A DNA stretch of 64,000 nucleotides from a bacterium (GTDB lineage Bacteria > Margulisbacteria > WOR-1 > O2-12-FULL-45-9 > XYB2-FULL-48-7): contig JBDRLW010000003.1 of NCBI GenBank assembly GCA_043812655.1, positions 21,125 to 85,124 on the forward strand, written 5' to 3'. Below, piece after piece: positions 1-9,533 of this stretch. Below the pieces are notes generated by a model. That model worked only from the letters and a program-made list of their open reading frames with translations, was not told the DNA's origin and did no database searches. Position 1 is the stretch's first letter. Each line of letters begins with the position of its first letter. The translations under genes and the position numbers were made by a program.

Positions 1-132
1 GCCAGATATTTCTTATAAAATATACGGCGTAGAATAATACCAAGATGCCCCGGGAGCCAGGTTAAGCCAAAAATAATCCACTCGTATATTTCAGATAATA
101 GTATATATACAATCTTCACTTTTATTTTCTCC

Positions 133-1224
133 TTATAGATTCATATCGCCGTCGATTCCAGAGACCCATACACTTTTATTGGGCAATATATTATTAGGTG
201 ATTTTGACCAATAAGTCATGTGGTCAAAGCTTCTAATTATCGGTTTATAATCAAGCAATTCGTTCATTAATTCTGCTCGATAGCCGAACACCTCAAGGAT
301 CGCCATCGATTTTTCCTTGGCAATTTGATAGGCAGACCTGACCAGAAACTGGTAAACATCTATCCTCCCTGAAATAAATAAAAGGTCAGTTATTATCATC
401 CGTTTCTCCCCACCCTCTCCCCTTCCACAGGTTTTTAACATCAGATAACCAAGGATTTCACCGTTCTTATCTTTACAGACAAAGGAGCAGGCTTTTCCTT
501 TCAGCTTCGGCAGGTTAAAATGACGCCAATTCATAAATTCTTTAGTTCTTTCGTGGGTAATCCCCATATCTTTCTTTATCTGATCCCAAAACCGATCATA
601 TTCTTCCCCGAACTTTTCTACAGAATGTAAACTGAAATCTTTAGCTGGAGCTGTGATCATATGTCCCTTTAGCCTTAGAATAATGCTAAGTAGAAAAGCG
701 ACGATTCTCCCCACGGGGGTTGCAAACAGCTTGGCCGATCTGCTTTTGAGAAAAGCATATGTATCGACTATCCAGATGAATTTACGTTGGTATCCTACTA
801 TCGCCACTGGCGCCATTTTTAGTCTTTTACACATTAAGCTGGCGATTTTATTAGCTGTTGTATCCAATAACCAAACATCAGCATCTCGCTTACCAAACGC
901 ACGAAAAAGATCTAAACTATTTGACGATGCGGATGGATCTACCACCCAGGTAGAAACAGAATTTGCAGGATATAAATCTTCACCAGCTCTAAGCATTAGA
1001 GGGATATAGCTGATAAAGCCCTTAACTTCTTGCTGCTCATTCTCTAACACCCAACCAAGCAAGTCTTTTTCCGATCTAAACGGTGATTCCCAACGGTAAC
1101 GCCAGAGATCGGCAAACTCTTCGAATGAAGAACCTTTGACTTCAGGAAAAACTATTAAAGAAAGAGCCCACAAATCACTTAGATCTTCTTTCTTCGCTGC
1201 ACGTAATTTTATATTTTTATCCAT
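133..1224 (-). CDS. GNAT/FemAB-like (BioF2-type) acyltransferase, duplicated GNAT fold
   Basis: 363 aa. Two-lobed, acetyltransferase-like composition. Last gene of the minus-strand glycan operon. Family assignment by recognition only. Confidence 0.4.
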   Translation of the reverse strand: MDKNIKLRAAKKEDLSDLWALSLIVFPEVKGSSFEEFADLWRYRWESPFRSEKDLLGWVLENEQQEVKGFISYIPLMLRAGEDLYPANSVSTWVVDPSASSNSLDLFRAFGKRDADVWLLDTTANKIASLMCKRLKMAPVAIVGYQRKFIWIVDTYAFLKSRSAKLFATPVGRIVAFLLSIILRLKGHMITAPAKDFSLHSVEKFGEEYDRFWDQIKKDMGITHERTKEFMNWRHFNLPKLKGKACSFVCKDKNGEILGYLMLKTCGRGEGGEKRMIITDLLFISGRIDVYQFLVRSAYQIAKEKSMAILEVFGYRAELMNELLDYKPIIRSFDHMTYWSKSPNNILPNKSVWVSGIDGDMNL

Positions 1225-1229
1225 TTCAA

Positions 1230-2090
1230 TTATCCTATATACGCATATTTCAGGCGGGTTAAATGGTTTTTCTTATTCTTAAGCGCTCGAATAAAACTTG
1301 GACTAGTACTGCGATCAACTTGGTCTATCAGGCTTACTCCTGTTATTTTTGGAGAGACCAATGATATCCGATCAATAACCCTCTTCCCCTGATTAAAGGT
1401 CCCTCCATTGATCGTATAAATCCGATTAACTCTTTTTTTTACCCAATTCAAAGCACCAAAAGTATAAAGTCCGCACGGAAGGCTAAGATCATTGACATAT
1501 TCTAAATTATTATCGATAAAGAACTGCTTGTTGTTAGATAGTTCGCTTTCCCACTCAATCTTAGATTGCATAGTCATCGGCTGATGATGATGGCTATGCA
1601 AGCCTAAATGGACATTGTGATTATTTCCAAAGTCGCGCAGCTCTTTTAAATTAAAAGGCCGATAGAAGTCATTTTCCAGTTTGCTATAGAATTTTTTATG
1701 GTCATACCTAGAATACAACTCTCTTGAACTAGCTTCACCAAAGGGATATGCCGCTTCACAGTTTTCTTCCCATATATCCCAGATAAATGGCTTTCCGGTA
1801 ATAATATTGTATGAGTTAACAAACAAAATTAATGGGACCGCATATTCCTTGCAGATTGAAAGCACATTAATATTGTTATAATAACCATCGTCAAACGTAA
1901 TTACACAGTTATTATTATCATGTTTTAATTCCCAAGGTAGGCTAAAGCAATATTCACGCGCCAATAACTTTTCAAACAATTCCCTTAATTCGCTTTTTGA
2001 CACAAAAAGTTCTTGATGTGGACCATCGATTAATGCCCCATCTTCGTATATACAATGAAATAATATACAGATATTCTTCGCTAATTGCAT
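1230..2090 (-). CDS. polysaccharide deacetylase (NodB homology domain) family protein
   Basis: 'VITFDDGYYNN' resembles the NodB TFDDG catalytic motif. His-rich 'HLGLHSHHHQ' fits metal ligands. Start overlaps the upstream gene by a few nt, consistent with an operon. Confidence 0.5.
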   Translation of the reverse strand: MQLAKNICILFHCIYEDGALIDGPHQELFVSKSELRELFEKLLAREYCFSLPWELKHDNNNCVITFDDGYYNNINVLSICKEYAVPLILFVNSYNIITGKPFIWDIWEENCEAAYPFGEASSRELYSRYDHKKFYSKLENDFYRPFNLKELRDFGNNHNVHLGLHSHHHQPMTMQSKIEWESELSNNKQFFIDNNLEYVNDLSLPCGLYTFGALNWVKKRVNRIYTINGGTFNQGKRVIDRISLVSPKITGVSLIDQVDRSTSPSFIRALKNKKNHLTRLKYAYIG

Positions 2091-3991
2091 ATTAATAGTT
2101 CCCGGACCCGCTTAATGGCCTTCCCATCACAGAACGGATCGATTAATGGCGAACCTTTCGGAATGGGATTTTGGTATCCCCCCGATTTTACATTCATGAT
2201 TTCAATAATTTTCCGTTTTAGCTCTTCATAACTATGAGTTGTCACGCTGCCCATTTTGCCGTAAGGAGTATTACGGTATTTCCCTAACGGATCGTGCCAT
2301 ATAGCCGGCTTATTCGCACTCAGCGCCTCAAAGGTCGTGGATGTATAAGGAAAAGAAACAATCAAATCTGCCATGTTCATTAACTTGGCAGCGTCAGTTT
2401 GATTGGTGTATTGCTTGATCCGTTCATGGGTATACATTTTTTCATAAAGGGAAAGCAAGACCGGACTAAGGATCGGGTCAAGCTTGGCATGATAGTTTGG
2501 GTCACAAGCCTTTTTCTCCTTCAATAATATGGTTACGGCAGGAAAATCTTTTGCCAGCTTATAAAAATGCTCCGCAAAAGCGATCCCTTCACTATAGGAG
2601 GTAAAACTATTTCTGGTATATGTTGTATCAAATACCGATATAATAAACCGTTCATCACAGCTTCTGTGTTTATTACTTATCTGGCCAGCCCACAAACATC
2701 CCACTTCATGGGTCTGGTCAAATGAACCGTGATGTTGGCTATAAAAACGGCTGATACTTTTGTTCCAGGAAAGAAGATGATTATAATTAAGGTAAACCCA
2801 AAAAGGATGAAGAACCCCTAGATCCTTATTTTCATCCCCAAAATTACCAGAATTCATCGAATCAATAAAATACCAGGTTTCTATCCCTAATTCGTTTAAC
2901 GCAATGTTACGAGCGATGTGTTTAATTCCAAAATCACAATTAGTAATAAAATGTTTAAGTGAGATCGACCGCAGTACCTTTCCCCAGCGCAGATACTCTG
3001 CCAACGCAATTGATGCGCATTTTATTTCGCGACCATTCCTTATTGGTCTCTCAAGTATTGAAAGCCATAACAACTTTACCCATAATGAAACGTGAGAAAA
3101 ACCTCTTTTTATGCTTGGCAAAAAAAAGACATCCCCCTTCAGCTTATTAATTTGGCTCAGCTGCCCTGCATTAAGCGAAATGAGAGGCAAATACACGACC
3201 TCTTCTGCCTTGATATTGATGCCATCAACTAAAAAATCAGCCCTGCGATTGTTATTTCTCAATTGGCGATCCCCAAGAACCGCAAATCCAAACTTATATG
3301 AAGCCTTATGTTTTATTGCTTTTTGTCTTTGTATAGATAATAATCCGCTGACAATAGTTTGCAATGTTAATCTTGACATCGAAATAAAGCTCTGCTTGAT
3401 ACTGCTAAATACCCCAAGCAGATAACTGATGAATGGAAAAACAACTCTTCTATGCTCGTATATTTGTTGGCTACTCAGGCAAGTTAACTTGTGTAAATAT
3501 AAATATTCTGGGACATTTGATTCACAATAAAACACAATCGATTCGCAGGGAAACAGATGTTCGAGCTTATTGACCATCATATTAATCGAATAAGTCTTAC
3601 CAAGCTGATCACACAATTCCTTACGAAATATCTCTTCGGCTTTCTTTGAATTTAAGAAACTGCAGGTTGATTCAAATAGTTTCGTATGCGCTTCGCGATA
3701 CTTAGGAAAAATGCTCTCCACGGTTTTTACCGCCTTATCAGCAGCGCGAGGATACAGCTCTTGAGGATTGAAGCCTTTTGCGCCTATCAGCTGGATTCTC
3801 CCTTTTTCTATAAGCTTCAAAATATAATCCGGGAGTTCACGTGGATAAAAACGGGCTTTCCTTTTTTCTTCATGGTGATAGGCATGAAAGGGCTCAATTA
3901 CCAAGATCTTCCGGCCAAGAAACAAATACAAATGGATTATCCACTTGTGCCATTCTGTTGGAGACTCAAAAATGATCAATTTATTTTTCAT
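2081..3991 (-). CDS. putative glycosyltransferase; either a capsule-biosynthesis KpsC/KpsS-like enzyme or a Maf-like nonulosonic-acid transferase
   Basis: 636 aa soluble protein inside the glycan operon with no recognisable GT-A DxD motif. Size and context fit either a beta-Kdo-type transferase or a Maf-like transferase. Speculative. Confidence 0.3.
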   Translation of the reverse strand: MKNKLIIFESPTEWHKWIIHLYLFLGRKILVIEPFHAYHHEEKRKARFYPRELPDYILKLIEKGRIQLIGAKGFNPQELYPRAADKAVKTVESIFPKYREAHTKLFESTCSFLNSKKAEEIFRKELCDQLGKTYSINMMVNKLEHLFPCESIVFYCESNVPEYLYLHKLTCLSSQQIYEHRRVVFPFISYLLGVFSSIKQSFISMSRLTLQTIVSGLLSIQRQKAIKHKASYKFGFAVLGDRQLRNNNRRADFLVDGINIKAEEVVYLPLISLNAGQLSQINKLKGDVFFLPSIKRGFSHVSLWVKLLWLSILERPIRNGREIKCASIALAEYLRWGKVLRSISLKHFITNCDFGIKHIARNIALNELGIETWYFIDSMNSGNFGDENKDLGVLHPFWVYLNYNHLLSWNKSISRFYSQHHGSFDQTHEVGCLWAGQISNKHRSCDERFIISVFDTTYTRNSFTSYSEGIAFAEHFYKLAKDFPAVTILLKEKKACDPNYHAKLDPILSPVLLSLYEKMYTHERIKQYTNQTDAAKLMNMADLIVSFPYTSTTFEALSANKPAIWHDPLGKYRNTPYGKMGSVTTHSYEELKRKIIEIMNVKSGGYQNPIPKGSPLIDPFCDGKAIKRVRELLICN

Positions 3992-4887
3992 TATTTGTCA
4001 TAAGCTTTTGTCCTTGTATTTTTAAATCTTAGCAGACCATCTTTTATTCCTGGCAATCTACACGCAAAGAGTTCATTAAACTTTTTTAATGATAAGGAAA
4101 GATCTGGTTGCCGTTTCACCTTAAACGATCCGGGCAACATCTTCTCGGTAGTTATCTTGCTCGAATCTAGCCCAAATATTTCTGCCAAGGCTATCCCAAA
4201 TTCATATTTTGAACACCTCTCCGATCCGGCAATATTGATCTTTCCCTTGAAATCAGATTTGATAACCAGATCAATCGCCTCAATTAAAGCTGTAACCTCT
4301 ATTGGGGTAAAATAATAATCGGTAAATAGTCTAATATTTCCTTTCCTTTTAATCTCGCCATGCAACCATTCCGCAAAAGTTGGTTTATGGCTAGCATGGC
4401 TCCACCCATAGAAGTTCGTGCGTACCATAACGACGTCATCATGGACTTCCAAACAAATATTTTCTGCCTGGACTTTAGTCGCGCCGTAGTTGTTTATCGG
4501 AGCCGGAGTAGCGTCTTCGCTATAATAAGATTCTTTACCATCAAACAGATGGTCCGTTGAAATATGGATCATTCTCGTCCCATACCTGGCTGCCGCCCTT
4601 ACAATATTTTCAGCCGTCTGGACATTAATCTTGTAAGCAAGCTCTCTATTTACCTCGCATAGATCCAAATCAACCAATGCAACGGTATTAATAACAATCT
4701 GTGGTCTGGTTTTAGCAAAAAGCCCTTCAACTGTTTCCTTATCTGTTAAATCTGCCTGCCAATATGGCAATTCAGGAATAACAGGAGTTTCAGATAAGTC
4801 CGTTCCAATCATTTTGATCCCCTTGGCATTATAATATTGCGCTATATTGTTGCCTAAAAAACCATTTACTCCAGTCACCAGTATCAA
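3991..4887 (-). CDS. NAD(P)-dependent sugar nucleotide reductase/epimerase, dTDP-4-dehydrorhamnose reductase (RmlD)-like
   Basis: N-terminal Rossmann 'MILVTGVNGFLGNNI'. Catalytic 'YGATK' (YxxxK). Length about 298 aa, typical of the RmlD family. Confidence 0.55.
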   Translation of the reverse strand: MILVTGVNGFLGNNIAQYYNAKGIKMIGTDLSETPVIPELPYWQADLTDKETVEGLFAKTRPQIVINTVALVDLDLCEVNRELAYKINVQTAENIVRAAARYGTRMIHISTDHLFDGKESYYSEDATPAPINNYGATKVQAENICLEVHDDVVMVRTNFYGWSHASHKPTFAEWLHGEIKRKGNIRLFTDYYFTPIEVTALIEAIDLVIKSDFKGKINIAGSERCSKYEFGIALAEIFGLDSSKITTEKMLPGSFKVKRQPDLSLSLKKFNELFACRLPGIKDGLLRFKNTRTKAYDK

Positions 4888-4903
4888 TTTAGTCCGCCTC
4901 CTC

Positions 4904-5803
4904 TCAATCGTTTCGTCTTGCTACAACAAAAATGTTTCCTGCCGCGATCGGGAATGATATTGAACCAATCCCAATTTTCTTACAAAAACTTCTAATGATT
5001 GAACCTATTTTATTTTTTAAAAGCATTCTCATCCAATAATCAAGCGGGTAACTATTTTTAATATTCCCAACCTGAAGCACTTTAAGCCCCGCATTTTCAC
5101 ATAAGCGCTTTAAAGTATCCTTATTGAACAGGTATGTATGTTCGACATCAATTATGGGGGATTTCTCCCCCAAAACCATAGCTTGAAGGCCTTTTACATT
5201 ATGGGTAATAAAATAGACAATTCCTCCAGGCTTCAAAAGATCGCGGCAAATCTTAACTGTCTCAACAGGATCACTTAAATGATCCAGGGTCTGAAAAGAA
5301 CAAATTAAATCAAAATATTTGTTTTGATATATTCCTCGGTCAAAGAATCCTGAGTAAATATTCCCCTTGATATCTGAATTGGCCTTAGCCTTAGCGGCCA
5401 GACTGGGTTCGCATCCAAAGACCTCCTTAAATCCAGCCCCCAATAATTTCTCAAGAAAAAACCCACTGCTGCACCCAATTTCCAGCGCAACCCCATTATT
5501 TATCTTGCTTATGAATGGTTTTAAGTGCCGCAGATAATCTTTAGCAATTACCCCAACATACTCATCAAAGGTTACTCCGCTTTGAGAATACAATTTAGAT
5601 AAGCTATCATCACCAAGAATATTTCTTGAAAAAACAAGCCCGCACCTCTGACAACGAACGATCTTGTAGTGAAAATGCTCAGTAATTCTCCTCGCTGAAA
5701 ACACTTCAGGAGTCAGATTCTTCAGCTTAAAGGTTTGTGGATATAATTCAACAATCTCCTCATTATCCTTGCAAAACAAACAATGCTTTTTGACATAATT
5801 CAT
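4904..5803 (-). CDS. class I SAM-dependent methyltransferase with N-terminal Cys4 zinc ribbon (sugar C/O-methyltransferase-like)
   Basis: CxxC...CxxC ('CLFCKD...CQRCG') at the N-terminus. SAM motif I 'ALEIGCSSGFFLEKL'. The architecture matches sugar C-methyltransferases found in glycan clusters. Confidence 0.55.
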   Translation of the reverse strand: MNYVKKHCLFCKDNEEIVELYPQTFKLKNLTPEVFSARRITEHFHYKIVRCQRCGLVFSRNILGDDSLSKLYSQSGVTFDEYVGVIAKDYLRHLKPFISKINNGVALEIGCSSGFFLEKLLGAGFKEVFGCEPSLAAKAKANSDIKGNIYSGFFDRGIYQNKYFDLICSFQTLDHLSDPVETVKICRDLLKPGGIVYFITHNVKGLQAMVLGEKSPIIDVEHTYLFNKDTLKRLCENAGLKVLQVGNIKNSYPLDYWMRMLLKNKIGSIIRSFCKKIGIGSISFPIAAGNIFVVARRND

Positions 5804-5823
5804 ATTTATTAGCCTCCTTATGA

Positions 5824-7809
5824 CTAACGCTGGTTCTTAATAAAAGCATCAATCTCCTCGGGAGTATTAAAACACTTTCCTCCGTAACGGATTGATCTGC
5901 GAATATATTTTGGTCTTTTTTTCGTTTCTTCAAATATTTTTGAAAGATACTCCCCAATAATTGCGATCGCTAACATTTGTATTGAACCGAAAAATAAAAT
6001 GGCAATAATTATTGTCGAGAGTCCTTGTGAGACCGAATTAAAGAATATCTTTGATAGTATTTGCCATATTATTGCCATAAATGAAACCACGGCCAGGCTA
6101 CTACCAAGGTAACCCAAAAACTCTAACGGGACAAAACTAAATGAAAATATCGCTTTTTTTGCCCACCAAATATTTTTCCGCCAATTGTTTGTTGTTGTGC
6201 CAAACAACCTTTCCGGCCTTACATAATCAACCCCGATTTGCTTAAATCCAACCCAAGCCCTTAACCCTCTCAAATACTGGTCGGTTTCTGGAAGATTTAG
6301 CAGTTCATTAACAACTTTGCGATCAATTAGAGAAAAGTCTCCCGCATCTAAAGGGATAGGAATATATGAAACCCCTCGAAATATTTTATAAAACAACTTA
6401 TAAAACATGTTTAAGATTCTCGCAGATTCTCTTTTAACCCTCCGCCCATATACAACCTCAAATCCCTCTTGCCATTTATTAAATAATTCTGGGATAACTT
6501 CGGGAGGGTCCTGAAGATCTCCATCAAGTAAAATAACGGCATCACCGGAGGATATCTCCATCCCAGAAAGAAATGCGCTTTGAGAGCCAAAATTCCTAGA
6601 ATGCTCAATTGCAATCACATGATTGTCTTCATCCACAATTTTCAATAGCACTTCATTTGTATTATCTGGACTTGAATCATTAACAAATATAATTTCGTAA
6701 TCAACTTTAATTCCAGAAAATGACTTTGTTAGGCGCTCCCACATTACAGGGATAGCCTGAGCATCATTGTAACAAGCAACAATCGCAGATATTTTCTTAG
6801 GAATTGTTGCCGCCTTTTTAGCTTTCGGAATAAAAACAGATCGCTGATCCTTTGTCCAAGCAATTGTTTTCGAAAGCCCCTCTTTTAACGAAGCCTTTGC
6901 TTCCCAACCTAAGATCTCTTTTGCATAGGAAGGATCGCCATACCAATCTTTAACATCCCATCTTCTATTTTGCATCGTATTCCATTGGGGTTCTTCCTTC
7001 AGATCAAACAACTCTTTAATCTGTTGAACAATATCTCTCATTGTTGTTTTCTTCCCGGTGGCAATATTTAAGACACCACCAGGCAGTTTTTTTACCCCAA
7101 CACTAGCAGACAATATTATTGCTTCAATAACGTCATCTATGTATAAAAAATCGCGTGATATGTCAGGATTAACTAAAACAGGATATTTACCTTCCATGCC
7201 GTTTTCAATAAGTTTTGGAATTAATCGATCCGGTTCCTCCAGCGGGCCATAGACAGAATATAATCGCAGGCTTAACGTAGGGAGTTTTTTTACTCGACCA
7301 AAATACTTTACCATCAATGAAGAAGCAATCTTGGAAACAGCATAATGACTATTTGGGATTAAATCACCATCTTCTTTGGGCGCAGAAGCATTTAATCCAT
7401 ATTCAGAAGAGGAACCAGCCTGGATATAGGCAGAAAAGCCTTCACGAGCTGCCGCCTCAAGAATACAAGCAGTCGCGACAACGTTTGTGTTATAAATCAG
7501 ATTAAAACCACTTTCCTTGGAATAAGCTCCATATGCAGCCAAATTAATGATAGTTTTAAAGGAATACTTTTTTAAAACACTTGATGTTGATGAATGATTA
7601 TTGATATCTGTCCAAATGATATTGTCCGGTTTTATATCGACAAGCCGCCAAGGATGTCCTTTATCATGAGTTATGCCAAAACAATCATTCCGTACACTTA
7701 AGATTGCCTTAAACAGATTGGCCCCAATAAAGCCCCCAACTCCAAAAATAACAATCGGCCCATCTAAAGCCTTAATTTCACCTATCAATTGATCGCTAAA
7801 TATTTTCAT
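5824..7809 (-). CDS. fusion protein: N-terminal NAD-dependent sugar epimerase/dehydratase (ArnA C-terminal-domain-like) plus C-terminal GT2 polyprenyl-phosphate glycosyltransferase (ArnC/DPM1-like) with C-terminal TM helices
   Basis: Rossmann 'VIFGVGGFIGANL' and 'YAVSKIA' (YxxxK) at the N-terminus. GT2 signature 'IIFVNDSSPDNT' and DxD 'LDGDLQD'. Two C-terminal hydrophobic helices. Confidence 0.6.
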   Translation of the reverse strand: MKIFSDQLIGEIKALDGPIVIFGVGGFIGANLFKAILSVRNDCFGITHDKGHPWRLVDIKPDNIIWTDINNHSSTSSVLKKYSFKTIINLAAYGAYSKESGFNLIYNTNVVATACILEAAAREGFSAYIQAGSSSEYGLNASAPKEDGDLIPNSHYAVSKIASSLMVKYFGRVKKLPTLSLRLYSVYGPLEEPDRLIPKLIENGMEGKYPVLVNPDISRDFLYIDDVIEAIILSASVGVKKLPGGVLNIATGKKTTMRDIVQQIKELFDLKEEPQWNTMQNRRWDVKDWYGDPSYAKEILGWEAKASLKEGLSKTIAWTKDQRSVFIPKAKKAATIPKKISAIVACYNDAQAIPVMWERLTKSFSGIKVDYEIIFVNDSSPDNTNEVLLKIVDEDNHVIAIEHSRNFGSQSAFLSGMEISSGDAVILLDGDLQDPPEVIPELFNKWQEGFEVVYGRRVKRESARILNMFYKLFYKIFRGVSYIPIPLDAGDFSLIDRKVVNELLNLPETDQYLRGLRAWVGFKQIGVDYVRPERLFGTTTNNWRKNIWWAKKAIFSFSFVPLEFLGYLGSSLAVVSFMAIIWQILSKIFFNSVSQGLSTIIIAILFFGSIQMLAIAIIGEYLSKIFEETKKRPKYIRRSIRYGGKCFNTPEEIDAFIKNQR

Positions 7810-8710
7810 TAATCATTCCCTTTATTGCTTTAATTAGACCATTTCCAGCAAGGTTGTTTTCTTCCTGATGCCATTTTTGACTTCCTACCCTTCCAGAAGG
7901 GTATCCATTTGCATGAAGATTATGATACTTAATCGGATAACTTATTTTACCCAAAAGAAGCTGAGCAATTGTTTCATTCAATCCGCATTGGCCCTCATGT
8001 TCTTCAATCGTAATTAGCTTCTTCTTGTTTTCTAGACTTGATAAAAGAGCCTCAGGTATCTCATGAATGGGAAATAATCCCACGGACCAAAGCTCAATCT
8101 CGTCTAATAAGTTTTTTTCTTGTAAATCGAATAGATTTAATAATGTTGGCCCTGTTCCAATAATTACAATGCTTTTCCCTTCCTTGATTTTCCTCCATTG
8201 TTTAAATCGATCGATCGGAAAACTTAATTTTCTGGAATTATTTAGTCGCAGATAATTTGGGGCAGGATCGTTCATCATCATGCGCACAACGTCTTCAACA
8301 TCAGAAGCAATAAGGGGAACATAAACCCTCATATTCGGCAACACACGCATGACTGCAATATCTTCCAAAACATGATGTGTACATCCCATAATCCCGTACC
8401 CATAACCTCCGCCATTACCAACAATTTTAACCGGCAGGTTATGCAGGCAAACATCGTTCCTGATCTGTTCATATGGCCGCAAGACCGTAAAAGGCGCAAT
8501 AGAATAAACCCATGGAATAAATCCTTCATATGCCATCCCAGCGGCAACCGTAATCATATTTTGTTCCGCAATTCCTGCATTAATAAATTGACTCCCAAAA
8601 GCAACCCTAACTTCCTCTAAAGCCATATACCCCAGGTCTCCGGTTAAAAATATCATATTTAAATAATCTTCTTTTAAATTAATAATGCTGTTGGCAAGAT
8701 CAGTTCTCAT
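7796..8710 (-). CDS. transketolase C-terminal (pyrimidine-binding) subunit of a split transketolase
   Basis: 304 aa with transketolase Pyr-domain-like sequence, paired with the adjacent TPP-binding subunit. Split transketolases are common in glycan loci. Confidence 0.65.
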   Translation of the reverse strand: MRTDLANSIINLKEDYLNMIFLTGDLGYMALEEVRVAFGSQFINAGIAEQNMITVAAGMAYEGFIPWVYSIAPFTVLRPYEQIRNDVCLHNLPVKIVGNGGGYGYGIMGCTHHVLEDIAVMRVLPNMRVYVPLIASDVEDVVRMMMNDPAPNYLRLNNSRKLSFPIDRFKQWRKIKEGKSIVIIGTGPTLLNLFDLQEKNLLDEIELWSVGLFPIHEIPEALLSSLENKKKLITIEEHEGQCGLNETIAQLLLGKISYPIKYHNLHANGYPSGRVGSQKWHQEENNLAGNGLIKAIKGMINENI

Positions 8711-9533
8711 TTTTCGCTCCTAATCGTTCATATTCGGCGTCAAGATCGCTGCACGCTCGAGCATAGTTTTCTTCATTCATCGGCAAATAGTGCCAATCAA
8801 TGGTATTTTCCATATAACTTATACAATGGCCTTTAATTGTATTACAGATTATAACTTTGGGTAAACTTTTAGCCTTCCCATCACTTAAACACTGATCCTT
8901 CGCCGCTGACAAAGCATCAAAAGAATGGCCATTTGCTGATGCTACATAAAAACCAAATGATTCTAGTTTCATTTGTAATGGCTCCAAAGCCATGACCTCC
9001 TCAGTTCGTCCAAAACCTTGGATATTATTCCTATCTATCAACCAAATGATATTGTTCAATTTATGATGAGAAATAAACAGGGCAGCCTCCCAAATACTTC
9101 CTTCATCCAGCTCTCCATCCGAAGTAACACAAAAGAACATTCTATTTTCCCGCTTAATTTTTGACGCCAGAGCCCTCCCTGCCGAAAGTGACAAACCATG
9201 CCCTAAGCTGCCGGTCGCAAAAGGGATTCCCTTGATTTTATTAGCTGGTGGATGCGCTCCTAAGTAGGTCCCATTCTTATAAAATGAATTAATTTCTTCA
9301 TCCGATATTGTCCCACACTCCGCTAAAACAGAATAGAGCACCGCCGCCGCATGTCCCTTGGAAAGAATAAGACTATCACTTTCTTCCATCCATGCTAGCT
9401 TTAAGAATACTAATATCTCTGTGCATGAAAGCGAGCATCCAATGTGGCCAGCATTATTGTCACGATACATTTTAAGGAATCGCTTTTTAACAGAATGCAC
9501 CTTGTCAATATATTTACTTTTCCCTAAGCTCAT
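8700..9533 (-). CDS. transketolase N-terminal (TPP-binding) subunit of a split transketolase
   Basis: 277 aa. 'GHIGCSLSCTEIL' and 'SKGHAAAVLYSVL' match the transketolase N-terminal TPP-binding region. 'GSLGHGLSLSAG' is a TPP GDG-like motif. Confidence 0.7.
   Translation of the reverse strand: MSLGKSKYIDKVHSVKKRFLKMYRDNNAGHIGCSLSCTEILVFLKLAWMEESDSLILSKGHAAAVLYSVLAECGTISDEEINSFYKNGTYLGAHPPANKIKGIPFATGSLGHGLSLSAGRALASKIKRENRMFFCVTSDGELDEGSIWEAALFISHHKLNNIIWLIDRNNIQGFGRTEEVMALEPLQMKLESFGFYVASANGHSFDALSAAKDQCLSDGKAKSLPKVIICNTIKGHCISYMENTIDWHYLPMNEENYARACSDLDAEYERLGAKNEN

Noticed and set aside
653-1009. 118-aa ORF on the plus strand inside the GNAT/FemAB-like gene
   Set aside because: Antisense shadow ORF fully within a better-supported longer gene. 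No motif.
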